DNA of 64,000 nucleotides from an uncultured Chthoniobacter sp. (GTDB lineage Bacteria; Verrucomicrobiota; Verrucomicrobiia; Chthoniobacterales; UBA6821): NCBI GenBank assembly GCA_964402065.1, contig CAYOAN010000002.1, positions 89,107 to 153,106 of the forward strand, read 5' to 3'. Shown piece by piece: positions 54,605 to 64,000 of this stretch (position 1 is its first letter; each line of letters starts with the position of its first letter). The notes under the pieces were generated by a model. It saw only the letters and a program-made list of their open reading frames with translations, ran no database searches and was not told where the DNA came from. The position numbers and the translations under genes were made by a program.

Positions 54605-55939
54605 ATGAGCGAGCTAACACCTTTTTCACTACAAGATGCTGACTTAAGTTCTCTTTTTCGCCCAGCATGGACAAAAGAAAAAGAGAAACAACATTCTTTT
54701 CGATCTTCTTTTGAGAAAGAAGAAAAAAAAGAAAGGCCTCCTTTTGAGAGGAGAAAGAAAATGCGGAAACATTTTTCTTCAGAAGCTCCTTTTGCTAGAA
54801 AACAAGAGGTTCCACGAGCTCCTGTTCTTGTTGACTGGAAAATACAATTAGTTCCAGAGCCTCGAGGTCTTGATGAAATGGCAAAGCAGATTCGTAAGGA
54901 GATGAAAGCCTATTCCATTTTTGAATTAGCAAGGCTCCTTTTACAAAAACCACAGCGCTATTATGTGAAATTGAGTCAGCACAACGGTGATGAGGCGACA
55001 ACTCTTTTTCAATGTTTGATCGACGAAACGTTGTGGCTTCATGAAAAAGAAGCATGGTCTCACGCTTTTTCTCATTATCGTGATCGCTATTACCGCTCGG
55101 AACGCGTTACGAAAGATCCTCCGAAAGGTGTTTACAGTGCTGTTGGAGTTTGTGGTATGAGCCAAACGCTATTAGGGCCTCCGAACCATCATGAGTATCA
55201 GGATAAAATTAAGCGACTGCATGCCGAGCGCTTTTCTCATCTTCCGTTGGAAGTTTTTAAAAGTCGGATTCAAATGAGTCGCGAGGAGGCGCTGCTCGAG
55301 CGTTGGAAAGAGGAACAGAGCACCCAGGAGGTATTTTACTTTCTCACATCTACAGCAGAAGAAACGGAGATCAATATAGGATCTCTCATAGAAGCTGAAG
55401 AGCATTTTCAAAAAACCTTGGCTTCTTCCGTTGTAAAAAAAGTAGAAGAAAAAATAATGCTCCATTCTCCAACGGCTTGGCAGCAATCCTGCTCTGCTGT
55501 CCGACAAGCAGTGGAACAAGAAATAGAATCTTTAAAACATTTTCCACTCTCTTTTTCTCAGGAAATTGGGCAGGAACTCGCTGCGCGAGGACTTCAACTT
55601 TTCAAAAAACTTTCTTCAAGCGCTCCTACTGCTGGAAACCTTGGGGCTTCGTCGACGACTGCTCCAGGGCACAAAAATATTGTTTGCGTTTCAGTTGCTC
55701 GCCCACGTTCTTTTTACCAACAAGAACAATCTGTTTCTAATTCTGTGAAACGAGTATTAGAAATTTTAAAAGAACATGCTGCTGCTCCTAGAGCAGAGCA
55801 ATGGAAGGCGTTGTTATCATCTCGTTCTCCGGAACAGCCGCCCGAAGAGCATGAAGCAACTTTGCTCAAGGATCTTTCGTGGCTGTTACACGAAGGGTAT
55901 GTTGTGAATTATGCTTCTCAAGGATTTGAGGTTGCATAA
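54605..55939 (+). CDS. Hypothetical protein
   Basis: 444 aa counted from the ATG at 54605. The N-terminus is Lys/Glu-rich. I recognise no motif. Confidence 0.55.
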   Translation: MSELTPFSLQDADLSSLFRPAWTKEKEKQHSFRSSFEKEEKKERPPFERRKKMRKHFSSEAPFARKQEVPRAPVLVDWKIQLVPEPRGLDEMAKQIRKEMKAYSIFELARLLLQKPQRYYVKLSQHNGDEATTLFQCLIDETLWLHEKEAWSHAFSHYRDRYYRSERVTKDPPKGVYSAVGVCGMSQTLLGPPNHHEYQDKIKRLHAERFSHLPLEVFKSRIQMSREEALLERWKEEQSTQEVFYFLTSTAEETEINIGSLIEAEEHFQKTLASSVVKKVEEKIMLHSPTAWQQSCSAVRQAVEQEIESLKHFPLSFSQEIGQELAARGLQLFKKLSSSAPTAGNLGASSTTAPGHKNIVCVSVARPRSFYQQEQSVSNSVKRVLEILKEHAAAPRAEQWKALLSSRSPEQPPEEHEATLLKDLSWLLHEGYVVNYASQGFEVA

Positions 55940-55960
55940 GCTTTTTGAACACGCTTTAAG

Positions 55961-56722
55961 CTAAATTTTTGGGGCTATTAAAATGGGACGATGGTAATCA
56001 GGTTGTGGTACTTGATATCGGGCTGTACCAATAAAACTTTTTGGATTAATCGGATGTTTAGCATCAATAACGGACACGCCGCGCTCATTATAAAATAAGT
56101 ATTGGCCTCCTACTGGATAAATAGCCAAGCTTCTCGCTTTTGCTAATGTGGTGCAATTGGGGTAGAGCTGTAAGATATTGTTAGGGGCAAAGCAAATGTG
56201 CTGTTTACTTTGACTGGTCTTGCTTCCCATCGAGGCAGGATCAGTATAATACGTATCAAGCATATAATCTAACAGCTCTTGAGAGTACGGGTTGCTGCGC
56301 CACACATTAAAAAGTTGTTGAACTTCAGCAGAAGGAACAGTGGCGATGATTTCAGTAGTCCGATTTAAATCCCAATAAAAATTATAGTTTTTGAAACCTC
56401 TATCACAAACGATGGGGCTATTTTCACCGATTCCAAACTTTTCTTTTAATGCTTCTAAAGAAGGTTCGTTTTGAGGGGCTAGGGTATCAGTTAAAAAAGT
56501 GCAATACTCTCCAGCTACAACAGGCTGAGCAATAGTCCCAATGGGATAGTTAATAGTGGGAGCAGGTGATGTCGGTGTTGTGGATGGAGTGTCAGCTTCG
56601 GAAAAATTGTCTGTGCTCGGAAGAAAAGAAGTCAGAGAAGGGGCGGAGAGTTCTGGGCTCTGAGCTGAGAGTGCACTAGCGAGAAGGAAAAGAGCGGCAA
56701 GAGTTTGAAAAACATTTTTCAT
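55961..56722 (-). CDS. Secreted hypothetical protein
   Basis: It has a signal peptide (MKNVFQTLAALFLLASALSAQS) and then a Pro/Thr/Ser-rich linker. The track ORF start at 56743 is also possible. Confidence 0.6.
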   Translation of the reverse strand: MKNVFQTLAALFLLASALSAQSPELSAPSLTSFLPSTDNFSEADTPSTTPTSPAPTINYPIGTIAQPVVAGEYCTFLTDTLAPQNEPSLEALKEKFGIGENSPIVCDRGFKNYNFYWDLNRTTEIIATVPSAEVQQLFNVWRSNPYSQELLDYMLDTYYTDPASMGSKTSQSKQHICFAPNNILQLYPNCTTLAKARSLAIYPVGGQYLFYNERGVSVIDAKHPINPKSFIGTARYQVPQPDYHRPILIAPKI

Positions 56723-56867
56723 AGAAGGAACATATATAGCCAAATTATTTTGATCTTACAAAAATTACCTAGCTTTTTTTAGGAACACCCTGCTTCTTAT
56801 AGGCCAACTAAATAATGAAGCTGGTATCAGTCTTTGGTCTTTTCTTTTCTAAAACTGCTGCGGTTCA

Positions 56868-56921
56868 GCGCCTCTCATTCCAGGAACTACATCGGCTGTA
56901 ATATTTTTAAAATGCTCTAAA
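56868..56921. mobile_element. MITE-like repeat, family B, half copy
   Basis: gcgcctctcattccaggaactacatcggctgtaatatttttaaaatgctctaaa matches the reverse complement of the left arm of the copy at 31901-32042. Confidence 0.45.
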
Positions 56922-56927
56922 AACACA

Positions 56928-57848
56928 TTAAGCTCGAGGATGAGCCGTTTGGTAAGCTTGTTTTAAGCGATCAGTAGTCACATGCGTATAAATTTGAGTC
57001 GTCGTTAAGCTCGCATGACCAAGGAGAGACTGAACACTGCGCAAATCAGCACCACGATCTAAAAGATGTGTTGCAAAAGAATGTCGGAGAGCATGAGGAC
57101 TTAGTGTCGTTGGCAGGCCAGCCTCACGAAGATATTTCTTGAGCATTTGCCAAACGGCTGTTGCACTGAGGCGCTTGCGGCTTTTATTGATAAAAAGAGA
57201 ACCTTCCTCCACTTTTGCTAAATGACGATAATGAGAAATTGCTTCTAATGCTATTGTCCCAACAGGAACAATACGCTCTTTGGAGCCTTTTCCCATCACG
57301 CGAACTGTTTCACCAAGAACATCAAGATCATTGATATTCAAACCAACTAATTCTGAAAGACGTAGTCCTGAAGAGTAAAAAAGTTCTAGAATGGCCATAT
57401 CACGAGCTTTCATCCATGAGGGAGCTTGTTGTGTTTTTTCTTTTTTCTGAGGGATATCCAAAAGCGTCGTTACTTGTGGAATTGTCAAAAAATGAGGGAG
57501 TGATTTTTCTAGTTTAGGGAGAGAGATCTGTTTAAGCAGATTGCTAACAATGTATGAGTGCTCAACTAAATAATTAAAAAAACTTCGAAGCGCTGCGAAA
57601 CGGAGGCGAATTGTTGCTCGAGCAGCATTCGTTTTCATCAGTTCTAAAAGATAAACACGAAAATCGTCAGCTGTTTTTTCTTTCCAAGATGAAGTTGGTT
57701 GAAAAGCTCTGAAATGTTCAAGAGATTGCCGATAGGCGCGCAAGGTTTGAGGTGAATAGAGGCGGCCTGTTGCTAGATAATCTAAAAATTCTTCAGCCCA
57801 AGGATCTGGTGTAAGAGTTGGAGATTCGTTAATGGAGGAATTTTTCAT
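56928..57848 (-). CDS. Tyrosine recombinase XerC/XerD
   Basis: It has ...ARDMAILELFYSSGLRLSEL... and HALRHSFATHLLDRGADLRSVQSLLGHASLTTTQIYTHV. Confidence 0.88.
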   Translation of the reverse strand: MKNSSINESPTLTPDPWAEEFLDYLATGRLYSPQTLRAYRQSLEHFRAFQPTSSWKEKTADDFRVYLLELMKTNAARATIRLRFAALRSFFNYLVEHSYIVSNLLKQISLPKLEKSLPHFLTIPQVTTLLDIPQKKEKTQQAPSWMKARDMAILELFYSSGLRLSELVGLNINDLDVLGETVRVMGKGSKERIVPVGTIALEAISHYRHLAKVEEGSLFINKSRKRLSATAVWQMLKKYLREAGLPTTLSPHALRHSFATHLLDRGADLRSVQSLLGHASLTTTQIYTHVTTDRLKQAYQTAHPRA

Positions 57849-57887
57849 CGCTTATTCTTTTTGATCGTCGCATATTTTTTAAGATCT

Positions 57888-59015
57888 ATGAATAACGAAC
57901 TACCTGCATATCGTAAGACTATTGGTTTTTTGAGACGCGGGTACTCTCCAACGGGAGGCGCAGAAGCTTATTTAAAGCGCCTTGGAGAGGGGTTGCATCA
58001 ACAAGGTTACCGAGTTGTTTTACTAGGAACAGAGGCATGGCCTCATGAAGAATGGCCCGGAGGCGAGGTGATCGCTTTATCAGCAAAAAGTTTGCGTGAT
58101 TTTGGACTAGCTGCTCTTCGCTTGAAACAAGAGCGACAGATAGACCTTCTTTTTTCTTTAGAACGTGTTCCTGGTTGTGATTTCTTTCGAGCTGGTGATG
58201 GCGTTCATGCCGCATGGTTACGAAGACAAGCGGTTGTTGAGCCATGGTGGTCTAGCTTTTTGAAGCAATGGATGCCAAAGCATCGTGAGATTCTTCAACT
58301 TGAACGGGAACTTTTTTCTTCTGAAAGCAAAACGAAAATTATTGCGAACTCTAAGATGGTTGCGCAAGAAATCATGGAAAAATTTTCAGTATCAGCTGAT
58401 CGAATTACAATTATTCCTAATGGAGTTCCGATACCATCTGAGATAACTCATGAGCAACGTGCTCTTCTTCGAAAACAATTTGGCATGGAAGAAAATGAAT
58501 TGGCCGTGCTTTTTGTCGGTTCAGGATGGAAGCGAAAGGGTTTGGAAACCGCTCTGCAAGCTGTAGAGCGCTTTGGTGGAAAAATGAGGCTTTGGGTTGC
58601 AGGAAAGGGAAATACTAAGGGGTATCGTTCTTCAGCTGTGAAATTTTTGGGGGCAATAAAAGATTTGTCTCAGCTGTACGCAGCAGCAGATCTTTTTATA
58701 TTACCAACGCTCTATGATCCTTTTTCTAATGCCTCTCTAGAAGCTCTTGCTGCAGGTTTGCCAGTGATTACTTCTTCAGCCAATGGGTGTGCTGAAATTT
58801 TAGAGCCTGAAATTCATGGAAGTGTCATTGCGGATCCACAAGATGTAGCTTCTTTTGCTGCTGCGTTAGAAAAATGGCAAGAGCGATTGCAAGATCATGA
58901 TGATGTGGCAGAAGTCCGTCGTGCTTGTGCAGCGAGAGGTGCCGCATTGAGTATTGAAAGGAATGTCCAAGCAACACTCAACATTATTGAGGAAGAGTTG
59001 CATCGATTGTCGTAA
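57888..59015 (+). CDS. GT4 glycosyltransferase (WaaG/RfaG-like)
   Basis: It has PTGGAEAY..., FVGSGWKRKG and ILPTLYDPFSNASLEALAAGLPVITS. The ATG at 57888 is preferred over the TTG at 57861. Confidence 0.8.
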   Translation: MNNELPAYRKTIGFLRRGYSPTGGAEAYLKRLGEGLHQQGYRVVLLGTEAWPHEEWPGGEVIALSAKSLRDFGLAALRLKQERQIDLLFSLERVPGCDFFRAGDGVHAAWLRRQAVVEPWWSSFLKQWMPKHREILQLERELFSSESKTKIIANSKMVAQEIMEKFSVSADRITIIPNGVPIPSEITHEQRALLRKQFGMEENELAVLFVGSGWKRKGLETALQAVERFGGKMRLWVAGKGNTKGYRSSAVKFLGAIKDLSQLYAAADLFILPTLYDPFSNASLEALAAGLPVITSSANGCAEILEPEIHGSVIADPQDVASFAAALEKWQERLQDHDDVAEVRRACAARGAALSIERNVQATLNIIEEELHRLS

Positions 59016-59946
59016 AGACAGGGCAATGGTCGCTCGCCTGATTCCAAAAGGCAGGGCGAGCGATGGCAGAATGATTTTCTTCAATTCTTTTTTTGAGAAG
59101 ATCATTCACTATGATGTAATCAATTCGAGAATATTCGTCTGCTTCTTTCCAATATTCAGTCCATGTCTCGCCACGATCGTCATGAAGATCTAAAGGAGTG
59201 ATGAGGCTAGGTGTTCTTGGAGATCCCAAAATAGTTTTGAGTGTGAGTGAATTTTTTGTGTCATTAAAATCTCCCATGATTAGGAGTGGTGTTGTTGGAT
59301 CATCTGATAAAATCGTCTCAATTTTTTTTCTTAGTGCTATTGCTTCTGCTGTTCGAAAAACAGATTGAGGGTATTGGGGAACAGGAATTTTGGATTTCAA
59401 ATGTACGCAAAGAACACGAAGCTTTAACTCAGCGGAAAGCGCTATCGTAACATCAATGAAGCCACGCGAACTATAAAAGGTTTGCCCTTGAACTTGAATC
59501 GGAATGAAACCTTCAGAGTGGCGTTCTACAATGGGAAAGCGACTTAGCAAAGCAAGATGGCGCTGTTGATCTGGTCCTTGAAGATATTCGGTGTCACTGA
59601 AAGTCATCCCGGCTTCTTGAAGACGATGAGTTAAATCATTGAGTTGACGTTGATCTCCGACCTCCATCAATCCAAGGATATCAGGATGAATTTGTGCTAC
59701 CATTTTAGCGACGGCTTCTTTTTCTGAAACCGGCTTGCCGGCATTGCTTCGATAATGACCATCAACCCAACGAGGCATCATCAAGTAATTTTCAATATTA
59801 TAAGAAGCAATTACAACCGTGTTCGAACTCGCTAGGGGCGTTGGCGCTGAAACTTGAGCTACAGCAGGCGAAAAGGCGATGCAAAAGGAGGCCCAACACC
59901 CTAAGCACCAATGGAGGAGCTGTTGCCACACCGCAACCATAATCAT
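58984..59946 (-). CDS. Endonuclease/exonuclease/phosphatase (EEP) family protein, secreted
   Basis: It has a signal-like N-terminus, ASYNIENY, GDFND and SDHCPV motifs. Its 3' end overlaps the GT4 gene convergently by 32 nt. Confidence 0.75.
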   Translation of the reverse strand: MIMVAVWQQLLHWCLGCWASFCIAFSPAVAQVSAPTPLASSNTVVIASYNIENYLMMPRWVDGHYRSNAGKPVSEKEAVAKMVAQIHPDILGLMEVGDQRQLNDLTHRLQEAGMTFSDTEYLQGPDQQRHLALLSRFPIVERHSEGFIPIQVQGQTFYSSRGFIDVTIALSAELKLRVLCVHLKSKIPVPQYPQSVFRTAEAIALRKKIETILSDDPTTPLLIMGDFNDTKNSLTLKTILGSPRTPSLITPLDLHDDRGETWTEYWKEADEYSRIDYIIVNDLLKKRIEENHSAIARPAFWNQASDHCPVFTTIDATLPQ

Positions 59947-59956
59947 GAAGGGCGAG

Positions 59957-60241
59957 CTAGCTTTGTTGCGATGGCGAATGCTCAGAAGTAGGTAGTGTTG
60001 AGGAAGGAGGATTCACAACTGGTGTTGGAGAAGCTGGCTTCGAAGAGGAGTTGGCAGCTTCTTCAAACTCTTGCTTTGCTTTTTTAAATTCATGAACGCT
60101 TTGGCCTAGGCTGCGAGCAATTTCTGGAAGTCGTTTAGCACCGAAGAGGACGAGTACGATGATCAAAAGAACGATCAAATCAGGTCCGCTTGGAATGCCG
60201 AAGGCCAAAAAAAGAGAAGAAGCAAAGAGGGATGAAATCAT
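59957..60241 (-). CDS. tatA: Twin-arginine translocase subunit TatA/E
   Basis: It has LIVLLIIVLVLFGAKRLPEIARSLGQSVHEFKKA followed by a Pro/Ser-rich tail. Confidence 0.85.
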   Translation of the reverse strand: MISSLFASSLFLAFGIPSGPDLIVLLIIVLVLFGAKRLPEIARSLGQSVHEFKKAKQEFEEAANSSSKPASPTPVVNPPSSTLPTSEHSPSQQS

Positions 60242-60423
60242 GAGAGGAGGATATCAGTCGATATCAAGAAATGCAAATGACAAAGAAGAAGAGAGGTAAG
60301 GGCTCCTTTTCTCGACAATAAGGACGGGAGATGCTAGAAGAGCGCGATGAAAACAGTTGGATTTTCAAAAAAGAAAATGAAACCAACGTTTAGATTTTGT
60401 GGTTCAGGTGAGGCCTGTTTGAG

Positions 60424-61008
60424 ATGAACGCTACTACCCCCTACAAGTTCATCAACGTGAGAATAAGGAAAAAAGCCGGCTCTAGCCTGATAACGTTTCT
60501 AGGGTTGGGATGGGTTTTAAGCGGAGGGGGTCTTTTTTCACAACCAGCTTCTGTTGCTCTTGAAAGCGCTCACTTGAAGCCGCTTCAAGAACAGCAACAG
60601 AGCAGAGATCAACAGCAAAAATATTTTTTAAAGAAGGGTTCTGATTTTTCTCGTGTGCCTGCTGCTTGCTCCAAATCGCAACAGCAAGTTTCGGCTAAAA
60701 ATTATGCGGATCATTCTTTTTTAGGTCTCAAAAATTCTTGGGTTAGAAAAAAAGGAGAGAGTGATGACGTTAAATCGGTTTGGTGGGGATCTCAAAAGCA
60801 GTTAAAGAAAAAAGTTTTTCAGCGAACTGCTTGTTATCATCCTTCTGAAATACTGATGGGAAGATCGTTCGAGGCCTTTGCTTACCCAACAAAAACATTT
60901 TTTCCACAGCCTGAGTCGCAGGGAAAGCTCAATGATATTGTTGCGAAAGCAATTCAACAAAAAAAATCTCCTGCAGAAGTGAGAGCCATGTTGGAAAAAG
61001 AATTTTGA
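60424..61008 (+). CDS. Hypothetical protein with an N-terminal hydrophobic segment
   Basis: 194-aa ORF, Gln/Lys-rich, with no recognised motif. Confidence 0.45.
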   Translation: MNATTPYKFINVRIRKKAGSSLITFLGLGWVLSGGGLFSQPASVALESAHLKPLQEQQQSRDQQQKYFLKKGSDFSRVPAACSKSQQQVSAKNYADHSFLGLKNSWVRKKGESDDVKSVWWGSQKQLKKKVFQRTACYHPSEILMGRSFEAFAYPTKTFFPQPESQGKLNDIVAKAIQQKKSPAEVRAMLEKEF

Positions 61009-61021
61009 GGAGAGATAGAAA

Positions 61022-61062
61022 TTTTTCTGTAGCCTGCAGTCTGTAATCTGTAACCTTTTCGC
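61022..61062 (+). promoter_or_regulatory. Phased heptad leader element abutting the tyrS ATG
   Basis: The plus strand reads TTTTT CTGTAGC CTGCAGT CTGTAAT CTGTAAC CTTTTCG C ATG. Confidence 0.4.
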
Positions 61063-62235
61063 ATGACTGATTCCTTAGAACAACTCATTACTGGCTGTGT
61101 CAATGTTCATAGCAAAGCAGAACTTCAGGCAAAGCTGAAGCATGGACGTCCACTGCGCGTTAAACTTGGTGTCGATCCCACTTCTTCTGATATTCATCTT
61201 GGGCACACAGTTGTTTTGCAAAAGCTGCGTCAATTTCAAGAGCTCGGACATCAAGCGGTTCTCATTATCGGTGATTATACAGCAATGATTGGCGATCCAA
61301 GTGGGCGCTCGACAACGCGTCCTCATCTTTCGTTGGAGCAAATTCTAGAACATGCAAAGAGTTATCAATCTCAGGCCTTCAAAGTTTTAGATCCTGAAAA
61401 AACAGAACTTCGTTTTAATAGCGAATGGCTCGCACCGATGAAATTTGCTGATGTTATCAAGCTTAACGGGCGTGTCACCTTGCAGCAGATGTTACAGCGA
61501 GAAGACTTTCGAAACCGTATTGACCAAAGTCAGGCCATTCATCTGCACGAGCTTCAATATCCAGTGATGCAAGGCTGGGACTCCGTCATGGTCAAAGCTG
61601 ACGTAGAGCTTGGTGGAACGGATCAGCTTTTTAACTTGCTTGTAGGGCGTGATCTTCAGCGTGAAGAAAAGCAGGAGCAGCAGATTGTGATGACCATGCC
61701 TCTTCTTGTTGGGCTTGATGGCGTTCAAAAAATGAGCAAGAGCCTTGGTAACTTTGTCGGTGTTGATGAGGCTCCAACTGCAATGTTTGGAAAATTAATG
61801 AGCATCTCCGATGACCTCATGAAAACTTATTACAGTTTGCTTCTCGGTGAAAAGCTTGATGTTTCACGTCACCCCATGGAGGCAAAAAAATCATTAGCAG
61901 AACGCATTGTTGCTCGCTATCACAATCCCCATGAGGCTAGTCAGGCACGAGCTGATTTTGAACTTCGTTTTTCGAAGAAGGACCTCGAGTCAGCAGAGCT
62001 ACCTGATTATGCGCCGACGGCTGATATATCACGCGATGTGATCTCATTGATAGTTGATGCTTTTCAACGTTGCTTCCAAATCACTAAATCACGTGGCGAT
62101 GTGCGACGTCTTATCGAAGGGGGAGGCGTGACATGGCGTGGTGAAAAAATCAGTGACCCGAAAGCCCTGATTCCATCAGGATCTGAAGGCGTTCTTAAGC
62201 TAGATCGAAAGCATGCGGTGAGAATTCACTCCTGA
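61063..62235 (+). CDS. tyrS: Tyrosyl-tRNA synthetase
   Basis: It has the HIGH-type motif DIHLGH, KMSKS and a C-terminal S4-like domain. Confidence 0.93.
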   Translation: MTDSLEQLITGCVNVHSKAELQAKLKHGRPLRVKLGVDPTSSDIHLGHTVVLQKLRQFQELGHQAVLIIGDYTAMIGDPSGRSTTRPHLSLEQILEHAKSYQSQAFKVLDPEKTELRFNSEWLAPMKFADVIKLNGRVTLQQMLQREDFRNRIDQSQAIHLHELQYPVMQGWDSVMVKADVELGGTDQLFNLLVGRDLQREEKQEQQIVMTMPLLVGLDGVQKMSKSLGNFVGVDEAPTAMFGKLMSISDDLMKTYYSLLLGEKLDVSRHPMEAKKSLAERIVARYHNPHEASQARADFELRFSKKDLESAELPDYAPTADISRDVISLIVDAFQRCFQITKSRGDVRRLIEGGGVTWRGEKISDPKALIPSGSEGVLKLDRKHAVRIHS

Positions 62236-62348
62236 GTTAAAAGAAGGGATGATGGATCTGAAAGAGAACTTGCCATGCCTCAACGTGCTTCTGCTATCCA
62301 TTTTCAGAGGTGCTATTTTTTAAAGATAGCCTGCTTTTGATGCAAGCG

Positions 62349-62981
62349 TTAGGAGATGGTGCAGGCCTCTCCGGGTGTGTAACGTGGAGGGTAGTCATAG
62401 ATTCTTCCTGTCATGTCTGTGATCGTATAAGTTCCATCTCCGTTGGGTCTTACGTCGCCAATATCATGAGTTCTTTGATTAACAAGCGCACCGCCAGGAA
62501 GCATAACCATAGGGTCTTCTTCTTGCGCTCGTTGTCTGCTGATAGGAGTTGTTATAGGTGTTGGCTGTTTTGTTGATGGACTGTTAGTGGGGGGCATCAG
62601 AGGCTCTTGATGGCGATCTTCGTATTCATTCTCAGGAGCATGTGGTAATTCTTGTGGTGAAGGAACCGAGTTAATTTTGGCATCAGTTGGTTCGGGGTTG
62701 ATGCTTGGCTCTTGGGTCTGATCTATTTTTTGGGGGATTTCATGAGACTGAGTGTCTGATGGTAATCCGTTGGGGTTTTTTGATGCTAAATAGTTCCTGA
62801 ACTCCGTTAGGAAGGTCTCGTTATCTATCGATAGATCAGACCATAGATTTTTGCGAAATGCGATTTGGTTACTATTTTCTAGCCAGTCAGCTTTACTGTT
62901 CGCCACCTCTACGGCAAAATAAGAAGCATAGTCCTTTCTGGACTGTTGCAAGCTTATTATGTCGCGGAGCTGCTGACGCAA
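62349..62981 (-). CDS. Pro-rich hypothetical protein; probably the C-terminal part of a gene split by an in-frame stop
   Basis: 210 aa with a TTG start. It is in the same frame as the ORF at 62991-63251 and is separated from it only by TAA plus 3 codons. Confidence 0.45.
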   Translation of the reverse strand: MRQQLRDIISLQQSRKDYASYFAVEVANSKADWLENSNQIAFRKNLWSDLSIDNETFLTEFRNYLASKNPNGLPSDTQSHEIPQKIDQTQEPSINPEPTDAKINSVPSPQELPHAPENEYEDRHQEPLMPPTNSPSTKQPTPITTPISRQRAQEEDPMVMLPGGALVNQRTHDIGDVRPNGDGTYTITDMTGRIYDYPPRYTPGEACTIS

Positions 62982-62990
62982 GTTTTGTGC

Positions 62991-63251
62991 TTATTGACTT
63001 TCATCACCCTCTAAAATTTTTTGCTGATAAAATGAACTGGTAAGATCTCCTTTTGCTTTAGACAACTGCTCGGAAGCTAACTGTTGTAACTCTAATTTAT
63101 AATCTTCTGGAGTATGCCTTAAAACTTGGCTCACAGTATGAGATCCAGAGCTTCCTTCTAGTCGCCGTCCTTCTGGAGCAGCAGGCGATGGGGACATGAT
63201 ATCACCGCTGTAAGGTATACTAGAGGAATAAGTACGGCTAATAGGGTTCAT
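62991..63251 (-). CDS. Hypothetical protein; probably the N-terminal part of the split gene
   Basis: 86 aa, ending ...FYQQKILEGDESQ then TAA. The helical sequence continues in frame past the stop. Confidence 0.45.
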   Translation of the reverse strand: MNPISRTYSSSIPYSGDIMSPSPAAPEGRRLEGSSGSHTVSQVLRHTPEDYKLELQQLASEQLSKAKGDLTSSFYQQKILEGDESQ

Positions 63252-63304
63252 AAAGAAAAAATAAAACTGAGTTTTTGAAAGTCAAATTAACTTTGAGAGT
63301 AAAA

Positions 63305-64000
63305 TTAGGATAACGTGTTTGGGGTTGGCTTCTCATTAAAAATACGAAACCAATTTCCAATATTTTTTTGCATTGATTGAGGAAAAGATAAATAGTTTTC
63401 TGATAAACTTCCTCCCTGAGTTATGGCGACTAGCAGTGCGCTTTGAGTTAAGGTTGGTAATTCATAAGTTGTAAAACTAACGCCAACTGCATCGGCATGA
63501 TGGGCGTCGCTCGCAGCGGTTTTTGGAAGGCCGCGACGGTGAGCATAGTTTGAAGCTTGGGCGTTAAAGCGTTTCATTGAGACAGCTGCGTTGAAAGTTT
63601 CCAGGGCATCTAGGTCAAGATCGCTTAAAATTTCTTCACGAATTCCTGCGCGAAAACGATCATAAGCGTGAGGCGCTACGGCAAGGCCACCATGTTCGTG
63701 AATCGCGCTGACAACTTCTGTTGCAGGTTGTTGTTTCATGTAAGGCAATGTTGTTCCAAGGCAGAGAAGATGGCCTTCTCGAGTTGAAACTTCAACGCCA
63801 GGAATGATCAAAAATCCATCTACGGCTTCTCCATCATCACGAATAAGGCCTTTGCTCCGCAAATATTCTACGCCTTCACACGTGTCATGATCCGTGATAG
63901 CAATGCCACTCAAGCCTCTTTTTTTTGCAGCAGCAATCATTGCTTCTGGCGTATGAACGGCATCGCGCGAAAAAAATGTGTGAAGATGAAGATCAAAGGA
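63305..64000 (-). CDS. PHP family metal-dependent phosphoesterase (5' end just beyond the right edge)
   Basis: The hand-extended frame reads SFDLHLHTFFSRDAVHTPEAMIAAAKKRGLSGIAITDHDT... and later ASDAHHADAVG. Confidence 0.8.
   Translation of the reverse strand, partial: SFDLHLHTFFSRDAVHTPEAMIAAAKKRGLSGIAITDHDTCEGVEYLRSKGLIRDDGEAVDGFLIIPGVEVSTREGHLLCLGTTLPYMKQQPATEVVSAIHEHGGLAVAPHAYDRFRAGIREEILSDLDLDALETFNAAVSMKRFNAQASNYAHRRGLPKTAASDAHHADAVGVSFTTYELPTLTQSALLVAITQGGSLSENYLSFPQSMQKNIGNWFRIFNEKPTPNTLS

Overview
The window is a gene-dense chromosomal segment that looks moderately AT-rich by eye. I call about 60 protein genes and one tRNA. I found no rRNA, CRISPR array or prophage.

Most genes are housekeeping:
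- Translation: rpsI, rplM, rplS, gltX, trpS, tyrS and an initiator tRNA-Met.
- Protein quality control and export: ftsH, tig, clpP, tatA.
- Metabolism: purB, aroE, folD, ispD, ubiX, uppP and a class I aldolase.
- DNA and RNA maintenance: mutY, rnhB, rnhC, xerC/D.

Accessory content is scattered among them:
- A CesT-type type III secretion chaperone sits directly upstream of an orphan protein.
- Two proteins with bilobed hydrophobic domains (Inc-like) are inserted inside a peptide ABC transporter operon.
- A tail-anchored protein carries 55-aa tandem repeats.
- A hicB-hicA pair has a frameshifted hicA.
- There is an Rpn-type nuclease gene.
- Two families of palindromic MITE-like repeats are present.
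- A flavohemoglobin gene is paired divergently with a Crp/Fnr regulator.
- A PHP domain is fused to a GT4 glycosyltransferase.

This gene mix, plus the near absence of Shine-Dalgarno sequences, suggests a host-associated member of the PVC superphylum (Chlamydiota or Verrucomicrobiota). That placement is inference only, because I could run no searches.

No single obvious novel multi-gene system stands out. The best candidates are:
1. The chaperone and candidate effector module at 50.5-52.3 kb, together with a short peptide module it shares with the ORF at 18.2-19.4 kb.
2. The Inc-like insertion at 35.6-37.5 kb.
3. A phased heptad (CTNNNNN)x5 leader element that abuts the start codons of three unrelated genes.
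4. A cysteine desulfurase translationally coupled to an orphan KARI-like protein with altered metal-ligand positions.

All product calls come from reading the translations and recalling family motifs. None is database-verified.
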